64,000 nt of DNA from the NCBI RefSeq assembly GCF_964204645.1, contig NC_134028.1, forward strand, positions 14,887,653 through 14,951,652, written 5' to 3'. Shown one piece after another: positions 10,552-22,640 of this stretch; the stretch's first letter is position 1; every line of letters begins with the position of its first letter. The notes under the pieces are model-generated. The model made no database searches, was not told the origin of the DNA, and saw nothing but the letters and a program-made list of their open reading frames with translations. Made by a program: the position numbers and the translations under genes. Source of the DNA: Tubulanus polymorphus. Taxonomy: Eukaryota; Animalia; Nemertea.

Positions 10552-13500
10552 TAACCATAAGGTAATGTTTTTATACCATCATCTGAAATATGCCTTTTAT
10601 CATCAAATGGATTTAAACTAGTTTTTTCAACTTCATTAATGTACATCTCATGATCTTCTGATCTTAAACAATTCATCTTGTGTTTCATTACAATTGATTT
10701 ATATAAACACTTTATATAATCTTGAAATTCTATATGTTTATCAACCACATGTTTTGTTATTCCTTTTAACTTTTTAGCTTCATGATCTTTTGTTCTGTAA
10801 CTATACATTTTACTTCTTATCCCAACAAATTCAATCATTTCATCACCTCCTAATTCATCTTTAAATTTACCAGGAATCTTTTTATTATCATTGCTAAATA
10901 GTTCATGATCTTTGGGATAATTGCTAAAATCAAAATAATGTTTTAATGTTTTTAAGTCTTTTGTTATATCATTTGTCTTGATTTTTAGTATGTAGGCGTC
11001 AGTATTTTTGGCTATTAATGGAAATCCACAGTTAAATGTACCATCTTCAGTTGATAAATCATAAACATAATCTGTTGGGTTATATATTTCAAATAAATCT
11101 TTAACTTCTTCTGTTAATTCTTTTTCTACATGTCTTAAATTAAAACAATTTGGTTTAGATTTAATTAATTCTATATTCATATTAAATCCTAATGAACTAC
11201 ATAATATATTTAATCCTGATATAGCAACCTTTCCTTTTTGAGCTAAAGATATTGTTTTGAAACTTTTTGAACCATCTGCTGCATAGAATCCAATGAAGAA
11301 CCATTTTCTTAAATTATTTTTTGCATTTAATACATAATCTGGAACTATCTTTTCTTTAGTTGAAGTATTACTTTTCACTATTGCATGAATATAGAATTCG
11401 TTATTATATTTTATAGCAAAATCTTTAGGATTATTCACATGTATTCTATAACATTGCGATGATTTCATAACATCTATGATTTTGAATGTTTTATGTGAAA
11501 AAACTTCTTCACAGAATTTCTTAATTCTTTCTAATAATTTTAAGTCTTGATTGCATAAATACCAACAATATTTAGTTCCACTAACATAATTATACACACC
11601 TGCTGAACCATCACCCATGAAAAATCCTTTGATAAAATATTCTTTTTCTTCTAATGTTTCGGGTTCTATATTATAAATATTATCAATTATTTCATCAAAT
11701 GACATATGATTCATTCTTGGGTAAAATCTGTTGTGTAATAATTCATCTCCAATTTTTATATCAGTTGGTTTTATTTCATTACCATTTTGTTTAATCAAAC
11801 TATGGTCTTCAGTAATATCAACAAACCCTAATTTAGTTCTAACTCTATAGATTTTCTTATTTGTTTTATGTCCAATAATATTCTTTAATTTTTTCCATCC
11901 ATTTCTCGTCCAAACATCCATTAATCCATTTATTTGTATTAATTCTTTTTCACCATATGAAATATAACATTCATTTTGTTTTGGAATTATTTCTGAAATT
12001 CTTCTTACCAATATTTTATTATTACATTTTAATAATATTGGGGTGTCAGCCGTTACAGAATCAAAATATAATATTTCAATATGCTTTTCCCCAAAAAGTG
12101 GTTGTAAAACATTATAATAAAAATCATACATTAGTAATTTTGATATTTCCAAAACAGTTGAACCTATAAATATAGGTTTATTAAATTTTAATGATGTTCT
12201 TTTTAATTTTACTGCTGTTAAATAATCTTCAAACCTTTTATTTCCTAAATGTCTAGGACTTGATTGTAAATGTCTTAATCTTTCAGAATTATTTACTAAT
12301 TCAATATCATTTCTATTTCTAATATTTTCACATGTTTTACCATAAAAACTATTATTCATTAATTTAAAGAAATCTTTTTCAAAATCTGTTTTTGATATGG
12401 TTCTCTGTTGAGTATTGAAATCTATATATTTTTCTAACCACTTCGATTGATTAAATTCAATATATCTATGTACTTTCTTTAATTTCATTCCTTGTTTTAG
12501 ATAAAATTTTAACATTCTATAATGAACAATATAATTGTATTTATTATTTTGAGTAAGTATTAATTTTTCTGTAAAAACATGATCTTTCGGTTTTATTTTC
12601 TTCTGGTATTCACTTAAATAACTATCATCTACAGTTAAATGTTCTGGGCAATAAGGTAAGTTTCTTGTTTTAAACTTTATATTTTCAGGATATTCTAAAT
12701 CAACTACAAAGAAATAACCAATTGGTGCTTCATCTTTTAAACTAATAATTGCGCTTTCCCAATCAGTTTTATCACCATTTTCAACTTCTGTTAATATAAA
12801 ATTTTTATATGGTTGAGGTTGCATCATTGCCCAACCATATAAATTATTGGCGTCAATATATAATAATTTATATTCATCATTTGCTTTAAAATACCTATCT
12901 CCCATAACACCACTAATTCCACCTCTAATTGATTTTTCAAATAATAAAACCATATCTGGTTCTTTTAATAAATCTAATTCTACATTTGTATATTTTAAAC
13001 CACATTGCCAGGTTAAACCAGGACTAGAGTAGCAATAACAAGGATCAACATTAAAATGATTCAAATTAACTTCTCTAAATTTTTCAAATATGTCAGCCAA
13101 TATCATAACATCTGATTTTAAATATAAATCAACTAATTCACCATGATTTTTCATATTAAAATGGTTCCAAATATTTAATGTTCTATCAAAAACTTCGTCT
13201 TTCACATACTCCTCTTTTAATTTATCATAAAATTGATCTTTTAATAATTCTGTTACATTAAAATCATCATGTGTTTTATAAAATGAATAAGGAATTGCGC
13301 CTTTATATCTCAATAATTTAAAATCTTGTTCATTTGGATAATAATATCGAGTTATAACAAAATCATTATCAACTAAACTTTTTGATAAATTATCTAATGA
13401 ACTTGCTAGAAATCTATAAGAATCTAAAAATCTAATGCAACCAAATTGAGATGAAATATAATTTTCAGATGTTTTAGCTAGTAGTTTAAAATCATATTTT

Positions 13501-15601
13501 CTTACATTTACACCATTCATAGTATTATATTCTTCTATTTCTTGATTAATTGCACCCAATTTTCCCGATTATTGTTTTATAAATAGATGGGTATCATAAC
13601 CCGATAAATTATGAAATAATATTGGTACGAAATTAACTTTCTTAGCTTGTAAATTGCAATCTTCATGAGCAGCTCCACGATATTTTGAATTTAAATGATC
13701 ATGATCTCTAACTCTTTTATCAAATGAATAAAAACGTTTTTCACAATAACAACAATGAGTTGCATAATTAAAATCAATTTCATCTTTTGTTATAACTATT
13801 CTTTTATTTTTGTTTAATAATTTTGTAAAATCACTTTCTAATTCAATCATTTTATCACAAAAATCATTAACTACATTTTCACCTCTAAAAGAAATATATT
13901 GACTTTCATATAATTCGGGATAATTTGATTTTATGTAAATTCCATAAGCAGCAGCTCTTTGATGAACTTTTTTAATTGTATTTATAATTGGTGGGTCTTG
14001 AATTATATCTTCATTTAATTCACTTCCTTTATCCATTGATTTTAATAATTGCTTTTTGTTATATATTTCTTTTCTATCTTGATCAGTTAATTCTTTATTC
14101 AACGATTCAAAATCCCCATAAATTACAAATGGAACAATATTTTTAAATTTATGATTAGTAAATTTCAATTTATAATCTTTTTCTGTTGGCATTATCAATT
14201 TACAAAAATCTTTATTATCACATAATTCTTTATGTTTTAGTAATGTATTCTCAGTCATAAATTTAGATAAACATTTTCTACATAGATAAATTTTACGATG
14301 ATGATCACTTTCTGTTGTTCTAAAGAATAAATCAATTTGTTTTAACCACATATAATGTTCATTTTCATCTTTTTTGTAATATAACAAATCTATAGCATTT
14401 TCATCATCATAATATTCTGTTAAATATAAAGCTTCCAATGTATAATCTTTAATATTTTCACCTTTTGTCTTTGGTAATTGCATTAATTCGAATACATTTA
14501 TTTTTAAATTATTAACTTTTTCTATTTTAGGAATCATTTTTATAGTTACTGGATATTGATCAATTTTATATAATGTTTCATATTTCCGATAATCTGTTAT
14601 TCTACAAACATTTTCCTGTGTTGGATGTAAGCAACTAATAATTGACCATAGAAAACATTTATTATCTTCATTTTGAATATTTATTACTGCTTTTGTTATA
14701 AATGGTAATTTGATATAACTTGATGCTTTCATATCTTTTTCTGTTATAAAGTTTGAATCATTTTTAAACATTTTATTACTTTTTGATGTTTTATTTCTTT
14801 TTGTATTATAAACATTTAAATCTAAATATATAATTTCATTCAATGTTAAGCCAGAACCCTCAAAATATCTTTCTTCAATATGACGTTTAAATTCATTTAA
14901 TATTTTTTCTAACTTCTCTTTTATTTGTGTTTTTGAAATTATTTCTTCAGAGAGTGTTTGAATATTATAATTCATTTTTCTTCTGACTTTATAAAACTTA
15001 CTTTCCCAGAGATACTAATTTTTGGATATTCAACATCTGTTATCAAATCTAGTATTTTTTCTATTATTTCATTAAATTTACTATAATCTTCTATTGTTGT
15101 ACCTTTAAAGAATCTAAATATAATAGCTGCAGGACCAATTTTACTATGTAATGTTTCTAAGATTTCAATTGTATCTTTTATTTCTAGTGAATCAATATAA
15201 TTTCTAACATTTTCCATGTAAGGTTTATTTGAAATGGATTTTGTTTTTGAAGTTGATTCTTTTACTTGTTGAGGTTTATTATCAAAATAATCTTTTCCTA
15301 AAACATTATTACTCAAATTTTGGTGATGTTTTTGTGATTCGAGATGTCTATTATAATTCCTTTTTACTATAAATTCATTACAAACTTCACATTTTATTTC
15401 ATCCACATTCATATTTTCTAATCGTTCTTTTCTTTCATTGGAATTTTCTGGAGTTTCAAAATCTATTACATTTTTTAAATGATTTGCAGTTTTTTCATGT
15501 CGTGTTTTATGAGATGTATCGATGTATTTTTTACAATATTGACAATAATATTGATTTTTATTGACATTATTGTTTTCTAGTTGTTGTTCATTCTCCCCCA
15601 T
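10548..15601 (-). pseudogene. Protein-primed family B DNA polymerase (pPolB) with intein; one frameshift (~14975) and one nonsense codon (13569)
   Basis: Exo I YGDFES, Exo II FHNLSGYD, motif A YIDANNLYG, motif B KLMNNSFYGK, motif C YFD..TD. Also N-terminal Zn fingers, an OTU-like DNKCFLW..EHY region and an EndoVII-like CxxC..DHDH..RGAAH..CN region. Confidence 0.95.
11004..12059 (-). mobile_element. Intein (352 aa) with LAGLIDADG homing endonuclease in PolB motif C
   Basis: Block A SVTADTP, block B TEDH, LAGLIDADG motifs FIKGFFMGDGS and FFIGFYAADGS, block F VYDLST, block G AKN|T. Removal restores YFD-TD as in the intein-less element 2. Confidence 0.95.
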
Positions 15602-16305
15602 TTATTAGGAAAAAAAATTACTTGTGGTGATGAGTGTTAGGAAAAAAATTACTTGTGGTGATGAGTGGTGTCTCGCCCTCTCGCCCTCTGATCTGAAACC
15701 CCACTTTTCTAATTACTCTAGTTGTATATCTGTACAATTCGTATCGTCGTGCGCTTGACTCTGTTCCAGCAATCTGATAATCCTAATCCAGGTGAAATAG
15801 TGGAAGTTCTAGCGATTTTAAACGATCCTGACACACACACATGGGTGGCTGCGTAGTTAATTGTCATCGTCCCAAACTGGATACCCCTCTATATAGTCAT
15901 CGTCGCAAAAATCAATTGTTTCATTTTAGGGTTCAATTTAGATAAAGGGCAAATTTCACTAACTGTTCATGAATTGCAACTCAATGAATGAATGCAGTTT
16001 AACAACACTAGCTTAATTAATTTATTTATTTTCATAAATAATGGTATATAATGCACTAGGGCTTAAGTGGTCATATGCCTGGTGATCGACAATCCTCAAT
16101 TATCACGGCCGACTCTCAAACTGGATTTAACCAGACTGGCGCCCAACCCGATGTTTTTTCAAGGGCGTCGCCAATACTACGTACGGTACGGTACTTGAGA
16201 TGCCGTTATCATTAACAATTTATCTGACGGTTCCACAGTTCTTGATTAACATTTAACTCAGAGGTAAAAGTAACTCAGAGTTAAATCCGGTTCCACAGTT
16301 GTGTG

Positions 16306-16503
16306 TTAAATTTAACTCAAGAGTCAAATTCCTTATCTCAGGGTGAAATTATTACTCTGGGTCAGACCTGAATTAAAATGCTTAACTCAGAGTTTAAAAT
16401 GGAAAAAAATTACTTAAATTTAACTCAAGAGTCAAATTCCTTATCTCAGGGTGAAATTATTACTCTGGGTCAGACCTGAATTAAAATGCTTAACTCAGAG
16501 TTT
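16306..16503 (+). repeat. ~90-bp direct duplication (period 108) disrupting the transposase start
   Basis: ttaaatttaactcaagagtc..taactcagagttt occurs at 16306 and 16414. Confidence 0.85.
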
Positions 16504-18151
16504 CATTCTACTTATTAGCGGGTAGAGAAGCCAAGAATAAAGAATATCGATGGATTACAAATCAACTCGAAATCACGGATGCTATATCGCTTTACAAGAA
16601 CGGGTGTGCAGAGCTAGAATCGTTGAAATATGTAGACCATTGATGGCAGAAAAAACGTGCAATCGTGGATTGCCTTTGACTGTCGAACTGCAAGTTCTTA
16701 TGGCACTTCGATTTTATGCCAGTGGCTCATTTTTGGAGGTAATCGGAGATAGTTTTGGTGTATCGAAATCAACAGTTTCGAGATCTGTTACTCGTGTAAC
16801 CGACGCACTTTGCTCGAAGAAAGCAGATTTTATCAATATTCCGAGAGGCCCAGCAGAACTGGCAAAAACGAAATCTGATTTTTATGAAGTCGGAAATTTC
16901 CCCGGTGTTATTGGTTGTTTTGATGAAACACATACACGTATTCAAGCTCCAAGAAATGAAATTGAAAGAGACTTTGTGAACCGAAAAAGTTTTCATTCGA
17001 TAAATGCACAGGGTGTGTGTAATGCCGATGGTAAGTTCAAGGCCGGAAATTAACACGATACTGTCCGATTTGGCAATGTTCTGCGCGTAGTGACTTTTTT
17101 TCTTTTCAATGCGGTGTACCATCTAAGTAATTTGTCAGAAACAAATGCAAACCCCTCTCTTAGAGAGATTCTCACTGGTGAGAATCAAAAAATTTAACTT
17201 ACCAGTACGGTGCCGGCCCTTGATCCTTGTTTGTGATGTATCATTATTCCCATAAAAACATAAAAAGTTCCCTGCTTCTATCCATCATTGCATGCAGGAC
17301 CGTTTACAGAGTCGAAATGAAGCAATCTAGCGTAGGCCCTGGGCCAAATGCTCATGGATCAATATTTATAAGTAATTATTATCAATATTTTAGTTACATG
17401 ATTCTTCAACCCCCATGCTGTGTGTATGCGCGTATGCCCTCTCCCTCTTGCTTAGAGAAAATCTTACGTATAGAAACTGACAAGACAAAAAGAACATGGC
17501 TGTATGCTGGTTATTTGGACTTTAATTTAAAATCGAAAATAATTTCAACAAAACTAATTGTTCTGTCAATAGATTCTTTTTATTTCAGGATTGTTCGTTG
17601 ATTTTGTCGCCCGTTGGCCTGGCAGCTGCCATGATAGTTTCATCTTTAGATCGTCAAGTCTCGGAAGGTGAGCAATGCCCCCAGTACATAACAGAATCCT
17701 GCGTCAAAATGTATGTGCACATATATTCATGATTTGATATTAAGGTTCTTAGATGAAAACCCATGCAATGGTGGATACCTGCTGGGAGATAGCGGCTACG
17801 CGTTGAAGCGATATCTGCTAACTGCGTATGGCAATCCTATAGGTCAACCGCAGGAAAATTACAATAGATCGCACAAGAGGACACGATGCGCCATAGAAAG
17901 ATCATTTTGGTTGGCTGAAACGCAGATTTCACTGTCTACATGGAGAATTACGCCTGGATCCATGCAAGGCATGCCGAGTCATAACAGCCTGTGCCATATT
18001 GCACAACTTAGCAATTATCATGAAAGAACCAGTCTTTGATGACAATGATATTGTATACGACGAGGAGGAACCGCTGCAGCCATTAAACGAACCCGAAGAT
18101 CTACATGGAGCACACATGAGACGATACGTAACAAACACCTTTTTTAATTGA
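16504..18151 (+). pseudogene. HARBI1-like Harbinger transposase, 3 exons, frameshifted
   Basis: ALRFYASGSF HTH, FPGVIGCFDETH, WPGSCHDS (exon ~17590-17667), LLGDSGY, IERSF; GT-AG introns. Confidence 0.85.
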
Positions 18152-18229
18152 ATTTCGAAATCTGTACTCAAAAATTGAAACAATCTATAAATAATACAAC
18201 GACATAATACATCTTCTTTACTCTTCCTT

Positions 18230-19360
18230 CTATAGTTATTTAATTTTCAGTTTCAGGAGTCGCATTTCCATTTCAACTTTTTTTGCTTTTACTTTCATGT
18301 AGTTCACCTGCTCATTGAGAAGATCCTGTTGTGTATAGCGCCTCTTCTTGGCTTTCTCTAAAATATAAATGTTTTCATGTGTGATGGATGTTCTATATAT
18401 GACGTATCGAATGATAGATTATTTTTTATTTGGCATTTATTTCGTTACCCAGATTTATACGTACCGGTATTTGGAATTGTTCCAATATTATCGGAAGTGT
18501 TTATATCTTGAACATGCATCTCAGAAACGTTGGTTTCAGTTGCCGGTAATGGCAAAAATGATTCGGTGACTTCGTATACGGTCCCGTCATCCCCCATTAG
18601 AGTAATCGGGTTCGACGGTAACGTCTCAATCTTTGATACTAAAATTTAACAGAAAAAAGTGATTGATTAATCAATACATCATAATTTAAAATGCTCCCGA
18701 CTGTTGTTCAAAATTGGGATTCGAACCTAACGAGTCCACGTCTATGACGGTGCATAAATTAGCCGGCCATGAGCCATTTTTTGGCACATGGTGTCTGCTA
18801 AACTATCGTTTTTAAACGAAATGTGCGGAAAATACTCGCAGCACGAGACCAACTGGATTATCAGAATGATTATATGTGGATTAGTAATTTGCAACGCTGG
18901 GTCTGTGATGTAACTGCCAAGCCGTAAGTTTTATAATCTTATATTTTCTTGGATTCGGTTCCAGGAAGAAATTTAGACGCCATTGCGCATGTGTGTCAAA
19001 GGTCAAAGTGTAGCACGTCATCAAGCTATGATCTGACGATATGCTGTTGGGTGAAAGCAAAGTTAAAAACAAAAATGATTGACCCTGTCAGTGAATAAAG
19101 ATATGTTACCTTCTGGACTTAGTGACATGGGAGGATCTAAGTCAAGGGAGGATCTAAGTCAAGTGTTGCATCTATTCCGACCCAAGCTTCTCTGTTCTCG
19201 TTAGTGCTTATGATTTTCTCCATAGTCTCGTCGACGTTCTTTATCAAATTTTCAGGTGGTGGCCCCCCCCCCCCAGTTTTGTGTGCTAGTTTCCTTCTTT
19301 CCGAATTCATACACTTTGCTTTAGCGCTCATGTTCTTCCATTTGAATTTAAGTTCATCTG
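18230..19360 (-). pseudogene. Myb/SANT-like partner gene of Harbinger A, 5' part cut off
   Basis: LKFKWKNM..KTGGG motif, plus last exon YTQQDLLNEQVNYMKVKAKKVEMEM homologous to 21890..22070. Confidence 0.7.
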
Positions 19361-19536
19361 GACCCGGTTCCATAGTTGTGGGTTAAATTTAAAAACCCCC
19401 CGTCAAATTTTAACCCTAGGGTCAAATCCGTTCCATAGTTGTCGGTTAGATTTGACCTTAGGGTTAAAATTTGAAAAAAGAGTTAAATTTTAACCCAGGG
19501 TCAGACTAGAGTTAAATCCTTAACTCAGAGTTTAAA

Positions 19537-21038
19537 ATGGCTGCTTTCTACTTGATGGCTGGGCGACAAGCTAAGGAAAAGTCATATTCCTCGAGGATAG
19601 ACCGTATTTTAACAGATGATGAATGCTACCACCGATATAGATTTAGTTTAGCAGGCATTGAGCGACTTAACGGTCTGTTATCACACCATCTCGGTGACAG
19701 AGATTCGAAACGTGGTCTACCTTTAGGCCTAACCAAAAAACAAACTTCAGATAGCATTGCGCTTTTACGCAAGTGGATCCTTCTTAGAAGTGATTGCTGA
19801 TAGTTTTGGGGTGAGCAAATCAACGGTGTCAAGATGTATAAGCGAAGTGACCAATGCTCTATGCTCGTTGAAGAATGATTTTATAAAATTTCCCACGTCA
19901 AATATTGAAATCGCAAAAACGAAAGCGGACTTTTATCTTTTATCGCAATTTCCTGGTATAGCCTAATTGGGTGCATCGATGGAACGCACATACGAATACA
20001 GGGACCAAATGAGAATGAAGCCGATTATGTTAATAGAAAGGGATACCATAGTATCAATGTGCAGGCTGTTTGCAATGCCGATGGTAAGTTTAATATCTAT
20101 AGTAAGATATGTAAGCATATACATTTACAGACCGCAAATTTATTGGTACAAAAAATAGATATTTAATTGACTCGCAAATAACAAGATTCGAAATATATAC
20201 TTTAGAAGATTTTGGAAGTGGTCTGAGCTCAGGCTAAGGGAGGGGGAGGGATTTTGGTAAGATATTCATACTTTTTAGCTTATGCTTTAAGAATATTCAT
20301 TTCATTTTCAGGATTATTTACGAATATCGTTGCACAATGGCCAGGAAGTTGTCACGATAGCTTCATCTACAGAGCCTCTTCGCTTGCCAGGTAACGTATT
20401 GAGAAATTAAAGGCCGCGTAGTAAATGTAAAAGCAATATTGGCCTACAAGGAGTTGAATTTAACTAAAGTGCTTAATGTTGCTTCTGCCGTTGTTGGCAT
20501 AGCCCCGATTGGTTATTTAAGCCTAATAAACTTCGCAAAATGCAATAGGTATCTAAATAGAAAATGTCTACTCTAACTTCAATATAAAAAATCCATGTAT
20601 TTTAATTAATCAATTATAATCTTATATTTTAGATACTTGAATGGAACCCCTTACAAAGGTCACTTGCTTGGGGATAGTGGATATGCCTTAAAACAACACC
20701 TCATTACACCATACTTGAATTGTAATGGACTGCAACAACATAACTTTAATAGATCTCATAAACAAACCAGGTCAACTATAGAGAGAACATTTGGATGGCT
20801 AAAGAGAAGATTTCACTGTTTACATGGTGAATTAAGATTAGCTCCTACAAAAGCATGCAAGGTTATAACAGCATGTGCAGTAGGCCTATTGCATAATTTC
20901 GCAATAATGAATAAAGAGGTTTTCATGGATGAAGATGCAGTGAATTATGAACTAGTAGTAGATGAAAACCATGTTGCACTTGCCGCTGACGAACAAGGGC
21001 TACATATGAGAACATATATCACAAACACTTATTTTTAA
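19537..21038 (+). pseudogene. HARBI1-like Harbinger transposase, 3 exons, frameshifted
   Basis: RYRFS, LRFYASGSF, GCIDGTH, WPGSCHDS, LLGDSGY, IERTFGWLKRRF; same intron positions as element A. Confidence 0.85.
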
Positions 21039-21889
21039 ATAAGATTCGGTTCTACTTGTAATTGGTGAAGAGTGTGTGGATGATTGGACAAGATGATTGG
21101 ACAATTTCAATAACCAATGCCATGAGTTTTCTGTCATACAATTAATGCAGACTTGAGTATCAAATCATCAAAAAAATGTGCACGTATTAGAAATTTCAAG
21201 TTTTCGACACTAATTAGGTAAATGTTAGAGGTTATTGATAATATTAAATTTGGTAACTGGTAAGTAGTATCCCCTGGTAAAATTCCTCCAAATTTGAATT
21301 CGGAGCAAAATTCAACAAAATATTTTAATTTCACAAACTTTTCAAATACTCTGTGGTGATATTATCGCAGTTTGGAAATTTCTATGAAGAGATATAGTGT
21401 AAAAGTAATAATACAATATCTATCTACATATTAGTTCCTAAATTTAATCGTAAAAAGTACTATCTTTTTTCATTTGGGGTTTTACATAACCCTGTAAATG
21501 ATCGTGGTATGGAAATTTGGTTAATATTCTAAAAAAATGTATTCGAATTTCGGATTTAGAATCATATCGACGGAAGCATGAACTATTGAGGGAGTTTAGG
21601 ATTAGTACTTATTTATCACTTCAACTATATCAAAAATTTAGAATAAAAAAAGATCTTTTCCATAGACTTGAATACAACATTTTTACCAACAGGGATAATT
21701 TCCACATTTTTCCCTCAGCGACTGACACTCCAACATCCTCAACATAATGCTGCTAACACAAGAGAGAACATGTAACAATTATTTCAAAGAATGGAACTTT
21801 TGAGGCAATTTATTTGATAACAGAATTAACAAATATATGAAATATATAAAACTTTTGAAAAATAAACAAACAAATTCACTATTTTATAC

Positions 21890-22070
21890 ACAATTATTCC
21901 TCTTTTTCTAAGTGTTTTATCTTCAATTCTAACAGGCGAACACGCAATGCTGATTCTTTTTCGAAGACGGACATTTCCATTTCCATTTTCTTTGTTTTGG
22001 CCTTCATGAACATAACTTGTTCATTAAGGAGATCCTGCTGGGTAAATCTTCTTTTCTTCGCTTTGTTTTC
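21890..22070 (-). pseudogene. Last exon of Myb/SANT partner gene of Harbinger B
   Basis: KRFTQQDLLNEQVMFMKAKTKKMEMEM, homologous to the corresponding exon of A. Confidence 0.6.
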
Positions 22071-22519
22071 TGGAACGAGAAATGAATTTATGATCGTGCG
22101 TGGTTTGGATTAAGTTGACTTTTAATGAAACATCCGACAATGTTTAGATTCAATCAACGAGCATACAATCGATTTGTAATACAAAAATAAATCAGATTAC
22201 ATTTAGAATGCGATTATTCGATAACTTTGATCAATACATAATTTGTGACACTTACCGCATGAAATATTTTCGGTCGATTCTTTTAAAGAATTTTGCGTAA
22301 CCGTATCTTGCAGCTCCGTATCTTGCAGCAGGATTTTGTTGGCGAGTACGATGTAATCTGTGTGAAAAAAATATAATATTTGAGTCCAGCGGGATTCGAG
22401 CCCTGCCTGCTCTGCAAAAAAGGCGGCGCTCGTGGCACGATGCCAGCCATTGCTGCATGTATTTTTGGGTCTAGCAGTAGACACTGTAAATTTAGGATTA
22501 TGTATCAATCACAAAGCAA

Positions 22520-22640
22520 AGGTTTCTGATTGCCGATTGCCGATTGCCGATTGCCGACCCGAGAAATGGCCGACTATCAGGTTTCTGATTGCCGATTGCC
22601 GATTGCCGACCCGAGAAATGGTCGACAATCAGGTTTCTGG
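22520..22640. repeat. GATTGCC heptamer array inside 2-3 larger units of ~50-60 bp
   Basis: aggtttctgattgccgattgcc..gacccgagaaatgg repeated. Confidence 0.8.

Larger units (their letters stand above)
1..15717 (-). mobile_element. Polinton/Maverick (adintovirus-like) element 1, left end outside window
   Basis: Cluster of pPolB, capsid proteins, rve integrase and ATPase. The right end TGATCTGAAAC..N..ATTACT (15689-15717) matches the terminus of element 2, and the extreme AT richness stops there. Confidence 0.9.
16227..19360 (+). mobile_element. PIF/Harbinger transposon A (degenerate), interrupted by Harbinger B; boundaries approximate
   Basis: End motif GGTTCCACAGTT with TTAACTCAGAG subterminal repeats; convergent transposase and Myb/SANT genes. 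Confidence 0.75.
19361..22500 (+). mobile_element. PIF/Harbinger transposon B inserted in the Myb gene of A; right end not identified
   Basis: End GACCCGGTTCCATAGTTG is related to the end of A; same gene layout. Confidence 0.7.

Noticed and set aside
13569-14975. Programmed frameshifting, readthrough or an alternative genetic code in the Polinton genes
   Set aside because: Stops and shifts occur at different positions in the two copies and replace different amino acids (Tyr, Leu, Lys, Cys), which fits decay or sequencing error.
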